Source: a virus
Lineage: Duplodnaviria; Caudoviricetes
DNA: 64,000 bases
IMG/VR virus record: IMGVR_UViG_3300013121_000016
Span: 39,170-103,169 of that record
Direction: 5' to 3' (one strand)
Below the pieces are notes generated by a model. That model worked only from the letters and a program-made list of their open reading frames with translations, was not told where the DNA came from and did not search any database. A program made the position numbers and the translations under genes. Below, piece after piece: positions 55,101 through 64,000 of the stretch (positions within the stretch are counted from its first letter, which is position 1; each line of letters starts with the position of its first letter).

Positions 55101-56263
55101 ACGGAAGTGACTTAGCGCTCCCAAGATTTATCAAGCGCTTTGATGACACTGTGTACATGAAGATTCCTACAGGCACAGAAAATGCAACATATTACCGGGC
55201 AATTACACGCACCACTCGCCACAAGTTCTACTTCTTATCAGATCCATCTGTAGGATCGAGCTTTGATTTAGATCTCTTGTCAGCACAGCAGACTTTACTC
55301 ATTCCGCTAAGTTCTTTAGTTCCCAATGGCTTTAAGACCACTGATAACCTTGAGGAGGGAGAAATTGCGTACATATACGACAACCTCTCTCCACACCCGC
55401 AATCGCTCAAACGCATAAAAGTCGAGAGATTAGCTTCCTCTCTTGGCGGATACAATACGTACACTTACACCCACATTGGAGAAATCACTCTTACAGATGA
55501 AGCCTCTATTACGGAGCTTAGAGAACAATCATTGTCTATTGACTCATCAGTTGATGCACGTGTTGTCACGGTTTCGACCGCTAGAGAAGCCATTGAGAAT
55601 GCACGGAAACAGCGTAATCGTTCAGCCGTATCCTTAGTCAGAGATGATCAAGCTGGAGTAGGTGATAACGTTTACAAGCTAGATATACAAACTATCAATC
55701 TAGATGCAAGCAGTCAAGAGATTGCAGACTATATTGAGCGCGTAATGAAACAGATTAGAAAGATTCCTAACAATGTAATCGTATATACACCGGCAAATCT
55801 TCTTGATCCGTTAATGGATGCTACACCAGACATAGCTAAGAAATTTGCAGAGGCCATCTATGATCGGACTGGTTTTGCCTTCCCTATACTCAGCGAGGAG
55901 AATCTCGACTCACGCTTACCAGAGGCCGCACAACTGATCATCAAACGCAGAGAAATTCTCAAAGCAGTTCTTAACAATGGTGTGTTAGTACAAGAGTCTG
56001 ACAACACAGCACTTGCACCTTATAGAGTTCTGATAAGCGACATTGCGACAACTAACTCGTTTACGAAAGGTAAGATTCGTCAAGGAAATATAATTTCTAT
56101 AGGTCAAGTAAACGGCCACGAGGTGTATGCATTTGTGGATTACGTCACTGATACTTACCTTTATGTTACACCATTCTCTGAAGATGTCTTTATGCTTCTG
56201 CAAGAAGAGCGGTACAGTAACGAAGACTTTTATAAAATTATCGACAACTTTAATAAGTGCTAA
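40163..56263 (+). CDS. giant virion polyprotein (5366 aa with 2 TGA=Trp): membrane-like N-terminus, SF1 helicase-like, zincin-like and two-barrel virion RNA polymerase domains
   Basis: Three track ORFs are in frame, separated only by TGA 43628 and 50189; Walker A APAGAGKT (44120-44143), LLVLDE, YTATSRA; HELFH (48290-48304) plus EERLAE; RNAP motifs TDAEG, MKP, FRIP, GSDNDVD (52334-52348). Confidence 0.85.
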
Positions 56264-59200
56264 TGAAATGTCCATTAATTAATACGCCACACTGGAGATC
56301 ATTGGTTAACAAGTACGGAGAACGTCGGGCATATCTAATGTACGATTTGGATATGCCTGCCTCCTTTATCACAGACCGTAAAGAGGTCTTAAGTGAACTT
56401 GCTGACCCTCTTTTTCAAAATATCCGAGACAGAGTATACAGCTCTCCTCAGATGTTCCTATCCAAATACGACACATACCTTCGCAACATTATAAAAGGTA
56501 CTCCAACTATTGACAAAGCTGTCGATGTCTTTTACTCTCGTGCTAAAGGCATTGGTGGGACGGTTATTGGAGATGTTATACAGACTCCAGGAAAGAACTT
56601 CCTTTTATTTCCTGAGGCAAGCGGTGATTATAAAGCTGCGCCGTCTGGATCTGTTCCACAGAAGATGCAGAACCTTCTAGAGACGCTCTCATCAAAAAGT
56701 GGAATCCCATTCCAAGTGATCAATGACAAGACTCAGAAATTTAAAGGTCGCTACATATTTGACGGGGACGAAAGGATAGTCTTAATCAATCTAGCATATG
56801 CAGACTTAAGCACACCTCTTCACGAGTATTATCACCCGATTGTAAGGCTGTTACATACTAAGAACGAAAAGCTTTTTGACTCAATCTTACAAGAAGCTCG
56901 CCAGGTTGCCGTGGATGATCGTACTGACTCTGAAGAGTTAGTGACAGAATATCTCGCTAAACTAGCTTCTAGGCCTACTTCCACCTTTACTCGATTCATG
57001 AGCTGGCTCACAAGTTTCCTTCGTCGTACTCTAGGAATTACTAAGCCAATAGACAAGCTCAATTCAATTGGCGATTTGCTTAAGTTCACTGAAGACTCGT
57101 TAAGCGCAGGTCTAGAAGAGTACACACTCTCGAAGGCTGACTCAGATCTTATGCAGATTCTTAATAACATGACTTCTAGTGAACGCACTAACTTCAGAGT
57201 TAAGAAGGATGAATCCGGTTTAGACTACGTTGATGCTTTAGCTAAACTAGCGGTAGAGCAAAACGTGACTACTGATGACACTAGTCAATACTATAAGGAT
57301 GCTTCAGGAACGGATGTTGCCGTCCGTCTAACACAATTCATAGGTGATAGAGACTTAGGGGAATTTTCTGTTAAATACAAGGATAAGCGCTACTCATTTG
57401 CAGAATATGCAGCAAGGGAAACATTTAAGCGTCAAGGCTACGATACTAAAGATCTACCAGTAGATGAAGTTACTGACACAGTAATCTTTGAAGGAAACCC
57501 ACTCACCCTCAAGCAGCTCATCGATAAAATCGAAACCGTATTTGCGCAGCAGCGTATTTACGGTAAGATGGTTCACGCATTTATTCAGTATAAGCTAGAG
57601 CGTGATCCACAAAAGAAAGAGCAGGCCAAGCAACTCGCCACAACCTACGCGCTCCAAGCAGGTACAACCTTCGTGTCCTTAGAAACGCACGGGGACCTCA
57701 TAGAGTACGAGCAGAACTTTGAAAAGGTCTTAGCTGTTGCGGGCATCAGGTTGTCGGGCGCAGTTCCTGACAGGGTCGCACCTGAGGCATCTATAATGTC
57801 TAAGATCGTTAAAGACTCTCAAGGGAAGTTTATCGGTACAACGATTGACTCTTTGATTCAACACTCTAACGCTGACGTATCTTTAGTCGACTGGAAAACT
57901 GGTAACATTCTTAATGATGCACTTAGTACAGCAATCATGGCTTACAGTGGCGAATTAAACTTACCTGATTCTAAGCTCAGCAGAGCCTACTTAGAGATGG
58001 CATACCGTGCAGTCATCTTAAAAGAGCACTTCCCCGACATGCGCTTCAGAAAGATCGGCATAGCTAAACTTTCTAAGTCTGGTAATCACACATTTATGGA
58101 GCTAGATCTCCAACCTTACCTGACCCTAATTGGCAACTACTATAAGAAGGTAAATCCTGAAGTCTATGAAGAACTTAAGAAAGCAAACCTGCTTTCAGTT
58201 AAGTCGTACTTAGGAACTAAAGGAGAGCTAGTGCGCGTACTGCCCTATGGATTGCATCTGGCTCCTATGGAGGATCAGTTAGCTTATTTACAGGCGAAAC
58301 TCGATAAGCTTTCCTACGGCATGACTCCTGACCAGATGTCCAAATATCCGGACTTGCGTGAAGAAATTCGCATGTATACGGAAGCAATTCTAGAAATCAA
58401 GAAACAGCCAGGTATGGATCTTGACGAGAAAACGCCGGACATTCCTGGTGTTACAGGACTCACTAAGAACTTCTCTGATATATCTAATCCTAAAGTTCAA
58501 GTACTCCATAAGGAGATTCTAAAAGCTAAGGCCAAAGCTTCAGCGGACACCAGAGCTTTGGTGGAGCAACACGATAAGCTCGCAGCTGAAGTTGTCAAAG
58601 AGTCTGTCGGGATTACTGCTAAGACATTTAAGAAACTTCTAACTATCCCCCTTGTTTACTCAATTATTACTTTAAATGCAGGAGTCCTCATACCTACAAT
58701 TGCAATCGGTTTAATCTTACGTAGATATGGCAAGACTACAAAGGACGTATTTGGATTCATGTGGAAGAAGTCAGAAGATGCTGGTAGGACAGGTTACTTC
58801 TTAAATACTACAGATTTCCATGAAGGGGTGCCACTCACTGCTGCACAGCGGGCATATCGTGACTACTTTGTTTCATCTATGCGCCAAACGTATTACAGTG
58901 TAATGGACGAGGCTGTCGCTAGCACCCAATACGACAGAGTTATCACTCGTGCTGAGGCATTAAATAAACCTGCCGAGCTTCCTGCGGACTTTATGCCACG
59001 TGTTCCCATCGGTGTGAGTGAGATACGCGAGAACCAACCTTACTGGTCAGGATTCTTCGGCTTACAGACTTCAGCTAAGCACTTCGTACAGTCCCAACTA
59101 ACAGATCACTTAGCCAATGCGTATACTTCCGAGGATGGCAGACAACCTATTCCGCTCAAATACTTCGGACACACGGGCTCGGTTACTGTAGAAGAATCGA

Positions 59201-60849
59201 ATCACTCATTCGATCCGACAAAAGCCTATTCAATGTTCATAGGTAATCTAATTTACAAACAGAACTTTGATCACCTTTACAACTTAGCACATGGTGTAAA
59301 GGTGGCTCTTGACATGGAGACAGATGAAGCGGGTAATGCGCGCTACCAAGGACTGACCAAATGGCTGGATCTAGAGATATATTCCCAAATCTTAAATACA
59401 CATAAGCCGAGCAGTTTCACTACTAGCAAGTGAGTATATACTGTTGGTAAGCTAGGATCCAAGATTCTCGATATGGAGGAAGGCACGCGCATTCAACTTT
59501 CACAGGAGAAGATCGTAAATCTGGCAAGGGTAGGTACAACGTACGTAGTCATGGCATTCAAATTAGCTTCCGCCATTCGTAACGGTCTTTTGATCTCAGT
59601 GCTTAATGTCATGAATGCTACACGGATAGGAATATCTAAACTCCTTGGTGTACCACCAGATGACTACACCCCAACCTCGAAAGGTACGTTTGCAGCATTC
59701 TTAGACGTAGCTAAATACTTTGGTCAGAAGATGCAAGGTAAGGAAGACGACTCTAAACTGTGGCAAATGGCTAAAGAATTCGACTGGCTACCCGATAACT
59801 ATCCTTACTCGACAGATCCAAAGAACTTCTTTTCTGAATCTATCAAGTTTAGTCCTAACTCTTACGCATTCATGTTCCACAACTTCGTTGAAACATATGG
59901 AGCTCTTGCGCACCTTTCAATCCTTATGCGCTCATTAAAACTGAAGAATGCGGCCGGAGAGAGCTTCTCTGCCTGGGAAGCCTACGAAGTTAAGGATGGT
60001 AAGCTACAGTGGACGAAAGGTTCACGCGGTAAGGTAGAAGTCTCCGAAGGAGTCTTTAAGGACTTAGAAGGTCTTGATATTAACGAGATTAAAAACATGC
60101 GCAGGGCCTACGAGAAACTTCAAGGGTCATACCGCAAAGAAGAGATGGCTGCTATTGAATCCACTATTATGGGCGGATTCCTCTATCAGTTCAAAAAGTA
60201 CTTCTTCCAATACATGAAGAATCTGTTCGCTTCTCCATTCAAAGATCAGACTGTCGGACAGTACGTAATAAATAAAGATATTACCAGACCTGACGGTGTA
60301 CCAGTATGGAAATGGGAGTCTGAAGTAATGGAGGGACGCTTAAAAGTCCTTGCAGGAGGTATCATGGCTGGAGGCCTGTCAAAGGCTCGCTGGTCTGCTT
60401 ACCTAGATACAGATGCATATAACGGACCTAACACTAGAATAGCCAGACGTAAACATTTAATGGAGTTAGTCAACACTATGCTCTGGATGGCGTTACTGTT
60501 ATTCTTCTTTATGACGATGTTTCCTGACGATGACGATAAGAAAACGTATGCCGCTCGATACTTCCGCAGGACGATGGAAGACGCATCAATGGGACTTAAC
60601 CCTAAAGATCTATTCCAGACGATGTCTAAGCCTGTAGTAGCGCTTGATCGCATCCCCACTATTGGAGATGCTACCTTCGATCTATTTACCGAAGGTGTTT
60701 GGGGTAAGACAACTAGAGACGGATGGCCTGTTGGTTTGAAAACGCTCTCACGTAATACACCAGGAGCGGCTTCAGCTCTTCAAATAAAAGATATACTCTC
60801 AGATTATGATTGGGAAGATAGTGAATCATTATATGGAGTAATGAAGTAA
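56263..60849 (+). CDS. large ejected protein with zincin-like and PD-(D/E)xK nuclease-like domains, 1528 aa with 1 TGA=Trp
   Basis: ATG 56263 (TAATG); HEYYH (56821-56835) plus EELV; G..VH...TIDSL...VSLVDWKTG; TGA 59431 joins the C-terminal part; hydrophobic segments near the C-terminus. Confidence 0.8.
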
Positions 60850-60869
60850 CTTGACCTGCATCAAGACCT

Positions 60870-60906
60870 AGGCCAGGCCCCCTTTATGGAGACCTGGCCT
60901 TTTTTG
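60870..60906. terminator. terminator at the convergence of the + and - gene blocks
   Basis: AGGCCAGG...CCTGGCCT stem followed by TTTTTG. Confidence 0.75.
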
Positions 60907-60909
60907 TTT

Positions 60910-61263
60910 TTACTTAGCTGCCTCGACTAACGTCGCCGGACTCATTCATTTTTCCGCTTTGTAGAGGTAATCGGATAGGGCGTACTTTACAGTGACTGTT
61001 TCGATCTTCAGGCTTTCAGCGGCGAACTTGATGATCTGCTCCTTAACGTCGAACTTTCTGAGCTGGCCCGTCTGGAAACCTTCACGCATATTCCCGATTT
61101 CAATGGCGATCGCCAGTTGCTTTTTGTCGGAAGCGCGTTTAGTAGTCGTAACTATCTTGCTGACAAGTTCGACTTTCGCTGCTCTGGGCAGGCTGATAAC
61201 TTCGACTAATTCTGCTACCGCTTCTTCGAACGGAGTAAAATAGACTGCTTCTTTTAAGTTCAT
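60910..61263 (-). CDS. hypothetical protein, 117 aa if TGA=Trp
   Basis: TGA at 60946-60948 read through gives KAEK[W]MSPATLVEAAK ending TAA at 60910, right at the terminator. Confidence 0.65.
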
Positions 61264-61304
61264 ATGCTTTAGTTTGTGGTGCCCATTTGAACACCGGTGA
61301 AAAG

Positions 61305-61898
61305 TTACTTGGTCGTCTTTTGTGCCGCTAAGCGCCCTGTGTACTTCAGTACAATATGTGCTGGAGGATAGCTTCGAACGCCTTGCCGAATAATCCAGTC
61401 ACGGTGATTCTGCGGAAGTGGCTTCCAGCTGCCTTCGTGCTCGTCTCTTGAGCGAAGATGTACAGGTACATCTTCATCAGCCATAAAAACGATCACCTCT
61501 TCGGAAGATACCCAAGCGAACATTGAACCTCCCTTCAGATGAAATACGACCTTGGTCCAGCCTGCCTTCAGAATGTCAATCTCATTTTTAGACAAGAAGA
61601 TGGGCGGTTTTGGCTCAATTGGCCGGTCAGTTTGGTCTTCGCCTTTACTGAAAACTCCAAAAAACAATAACGCGAGGAACACCAGCGCTACTACCGCAAG
61701 AATATAAGCGAGGACATTCCATACAATCATTTGAGGCATCTTACCAAGTAAAAAGAAAGCGTCCATCTCGTACCTCAGTTGCGTAGAAACCGAGTCACTA
61801 GGCTTGAGGAACGTCATGTAGATTGCGGTGTAGACACAAGCTACACCGAGTCCGAAGCGGAGAAAATTCTGCCAATTTGTTCTCTGATAGCTGATCAT
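61305..61898 (-). CDS. membrane protein with two TM helices
   Basis: 197 aa; hydrophobic segments FGLGVACVYTAIYMTF and IVWNVLAYILAVVALVFLALLFFGVF. Confidence 0.75.
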   Translation of the reverse strand: MISYQRTNWQNFLRFGLGVACVYTAIYMTFLKPSDSVSTQLRYEMDAFFLLGKMPQMIVWNVLAYILAVVALVFLALLFFGVFSKGEDQTDRPIEPKPPIFLSKNEIDILKAGWTKVVFHLKGGSMFAWVSSEEVIVFMADEDVPVHLRSRDEHEGSWKPLPQNHRDWIIRQGVRSYPPAHIVLKYTGRLAAQKTTK

Positions 61899-62050
61899 GT
61901 GAAAGCGAGTGTTTTGGTGACGCGTTTACGTTTTGCCTTGTGTGAGAGTCTAGCCGGACGATTGTTCGCCTTTCGGGCTTTTCGTGCATTCTGATTTTTG
62001 ATCCGCCTGGATCGTCGTCGGTTAGCTTTGAAAGCTTGTTTGTCTGCCAT
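61895..62050 (-). CDS. small, very basic (Arg/Lys-rich) protein
   Basis: MADKQAFKANRRRSRRIKNQNARKARKANNRPARLSHKAKRKRVTKTLAFT; ends in TGA within an ATGA overlap (or TAG at 61841 if read through); below the track length cutoff. Confidence 0.6.
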   Translation of the reverse strand: MADKQAFKANRRRSRRIKNQNARKARKANNRPARLSHKAKRKRVTKTLAFT

Positions 62051-62093
62051 GATAAAGAAATTGGTTATGTAGTTTTCTATCCATATAAAAAGT

Positions 62094-62127
62094 AAAGGGG
62101 GCCCCCGTCATTGGTGAGCCCCCTTTT
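62094..62127. terminator. likely bidirectional intrinsic terminator
   Basis: AAAGGGGGC...GCCCCCTTTT stem with A/T runs on both sides. Confidence 0.65.
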
Positions 62128-62227
62128 GATTAAAGCGGTTACTGGTTGAATATCTTTCTCGTTCTGGCAGAAGTAACTTTTCGATGTCTCTCTGGCTTTT
62201 CACACCAGCGCTTAGTTAAGCTATGCA

Positions 62228-62629
62228 CTACTTAGTTATCTTCCTGTGAAGGATGTAAGCAAGAATGACGACCATCATGATCCCCTCTTCCCCTAAATCA
62301 GGAGCACTTACAGTCCGACGTAGGGAGCGGAGTATCCCTCGAACTCCCCAACGTTTCCACCCATTACGATTCACTGACTTAAACTTTAAATAAGCGTGCA
62401 CTACTTTCGATTGGAACGAGGCGAACGAGTCATCTGTTTGACTTGCAAGGCGGTAAGCTTGATCAAGTTTCGACATGGTTCGCCGACGCAGCGCCTCCTC
62501 GTACTCTTCTTCTGTAAGATCGAGGGCTATAAGAGCAGCCTGTTGCGCGTCAGTGAGCTGTGGCTGGTCAGGTTGGCTAAAAAGCCATGCTTGGGCCCTT
62601 TGAAAAAGGCTCCGAAAGTTTGTCTCCAT
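62228..62629 (-). CDS. hypothetical protein
   Basis: Likely start ATG 62629 (METNFRSL); TAG stop. Confidence 0.6.
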   Translation of the reverse strand: METNFRSLFQRAQAWLFSQPDQPQLTDAQQAALIALDLTEEEYEEALRRRTMSKLDQAYRLASQTDDSFASFQSKVVHAYLKFKSVNRNGWKRWGVRGILRSLRRTVSAPDLGEEGIMMVVILAYILHRKITK

Positions 62630-63122
62630 AATACGTTTCATTCTGCGGTGTAGGTCTTGACCATACTTCGGCATCCTCCGGTAGTTCTACTCCGATCTTT
62701 TCCTCCCACATCTGCTTAAAAACTTTAGATCTATCGAGGACCAATCGGTTTCCGTACAACTTATGGGATGGTATAGCGGGAAAGTACTTGTCGACATATG
62801 CTCTGTCGATTTGTGAATACTTCCCTTCCATGAAGGGCTTAACAACCTTCTCTCTATCTTCTTCGCTTATCGTAAAGACGTAGACTTGATCCCCTACCAT
62901 CGAGGAATAGGTACGCTCAAAGCTCGGAAGTGATTCGAGATGAGTTTTAAGCTCATCGGGTACTTTAGAGTACACTAAGTAAAGTCGATCTCCTCATTGG
63001 GCAGGTCCTGTTGTTTCGGACTCTGCGCCGAGATAAGTGCCGACGTATTCAGCCGTATACGGATCTAGTTTGAGTTTCAATAAAGGTGTCAGGAAACACG
63101 CAGTTTTTGTGCGTTCTACCAT
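62577..63122 (-). CDS. conserved hypothetical phage protein, 181 aa with 1 TGA=Trp
   Basis: ATG 63122 after an A-rich leader; TGA at 62994-62996 gives PAQ[W]GDRLYLVY, joining the track ORF (EGKYS...WEEKIG..LP.DAEVWS). Confidence 0.75.
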
Positions 63123-63351
63123 CGTCGTTTAAATTTAGTTCAATAATTCGAGACTCTAGAATCTCAGATGAAAGACATATTACGTTCTTCACCCCTCCTA
63201 CCTATGCGACCCACCTGATGTAAACAGTAAGCATCAGTGCCACCACTCATCCGAGACCGGATAAAAGCTGCCGGGTACTTGAGCACATAGGTCCGTGTCG
63301 ACATGTAATCCCTCAACGCGAGGAACCCTACGATATGTCAGGTTTTCTGCC

Positions 63352-64000
63352 CTAGGTTCTTATTTGTATTCAAAGTCGTTCAAATCGCCAACCTTCCTCT
63401 TTAAGTTCCGGGATAAGGCGCTCTAATGCCTTGTAAAGAGCATTAGTTCTGTCGTGCATAAGTATGATAGCACCGGGCTGGACGTGACGTTTAATCTGGT
63501 AGTAGATCGAATCATCTCCGTGTTTCATACTGGAGTACTTCCAGTCCCAGGAGTCGATGTTCCAATGGACAATCTCCTTGTTCTTTCCGATCTTCTTCAG
63601 CATGTTATCGTCCATGTATCCCCACGGAGCTCGGAACAAATCAAAGCTGATGCCGTGTTCTTTGGCAATGGAATCGCATCTCTCCACTTCACTCACGTAA
63701 TTCTTCTCCGTAAGCCTGCTATGAGTCATTGTGTGGTTACCCAGCGTGTGTTCCCTGTACAAAGGCAGCATGCCCGGTTGCTTTGCAATAGCATTACCCG
63801 TGAGAAAGAAGGTCGCCCGAGCAGTGTGTTCTTTGAGCAGATCGAGAAATCGCCCTGTCATGTTTGACGGACCATCATCAAAGGTAAGGAATAGTACGCT
63901 GTCCTCGGTACATACGTGAGTTATGCAGTATTCCGGGTATCGATCTGCCTGGCTTTCAAGCTCGGAGATTGCTGTCTGAGCCTTGCCCGGCGGTTGTGGA
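63352..64000 (-). CDS. polysaccharide deacetylase (CE4/NodB family), 5'-truncated
   Basis: All five CE4 motifs: LTFDDGP, GNHTMTH, FRAPWG, DSWDW, IILMHD; the frame is open to the window edge; ends at TGA 63370 or, if read through, TAG 63352. Confidence 0.92.

Noticed and set aside
2773-60659. Numerous short - strand and alternate-frame ORFs in the track (e.g. 2773-3087, 43135-43485, 45121-45483, 56832-57188)
   Set aside because: Shadows of long + strand genes with recognisable motifs; no independent coding signal
4810-60849. Interpreting the split TerL, portal, muzzle and RNAP genes as pseudogenes or sequencing errors
   Set aside because: Every break is an in-frame TGA, never TAA, TAG or a frameshift; many are at Trp-type positions; and a UCA tRNA is present
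63117-63373. About 85-codon - strand ORF with three TGAs across the intergenic gap
   Set aside because: Weak start and no recognisable protein features; with only two stop codons, open frames of this length arise by chance; kept only as an alternative to the ncRNA hypothesis
60992-63919. + strand ORFs in the right-hand block (60992, 61779, 62396, 63454, 63731)
   Set aside because: Antisense to coherent - strand genes such as the CE4 deacetylase
1-64000. CRISPR array, DGR, integrase/transposase, inteins or self-splicing introns
   Set aside because: No spaced direct repeats, reverse transcriptase, recombinase or intein terminal motifs seen by eye; TerL, portal and MCP are continuous once TGA is read as Trp
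1-64000. Phage-encoded release factor or Trp-tRNA synthetase accompanying the recoding
   Set aside because: No release-factor-like or synthetase-like ORF recognised here; one may lie outside the window

Overview
This window is the structural/late module of a crAss-like (Crassvirales-related) phage. The host is probably a member of the Bacteroidota, since starts are A-rich and lack Shine-Dalgarno sites. On + the order is: IHF/HU-like gene, GroES-like gene, a compact tmRNA, an opal-suppressor tRNA (anticodon UCA, Trp-like body), GroEL, TerL, portal, scaffold-like protein, major capsid protein, ring/fibre/hub-type proteins, a DUF5675 enzyme, tail tube and tail-stabilisation (muzzle) proteins, and very large ejected proteins including the virion RNA polymerase. 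Convergent - strand genes start at about 60.9 kb. The supplied ORF track is fragmented because this genome reads TGA as Trp. I count 21 in-frame TGAs on + and 2-3 on -, many at positions where the local motif calls for W. Recoding them restores TerL (746 aa), portal (801 aa), muzzle (1372 aa), a 1611-aa modular cargo protein and a single 5366-aa helicase-zincin-RNAP polyprotein. The most striking element is a translation-control/proteostasis cluster at 0.65-4.8 kb: GroES, a minimal 245-nt tmRNA whose canonical ...FAA tag continues through TCA into a 41-aa acidic tag, the UGA-suppressor tRNA, and GroEL. Other highlights are a cargo protein punctuated by eight YAxGG motifs with duplicated variable cassettes, and a membrane-anchored PAS protein next to a holin-like gene. 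Family assignments come from motif recognition and gene order only; no searches were run.
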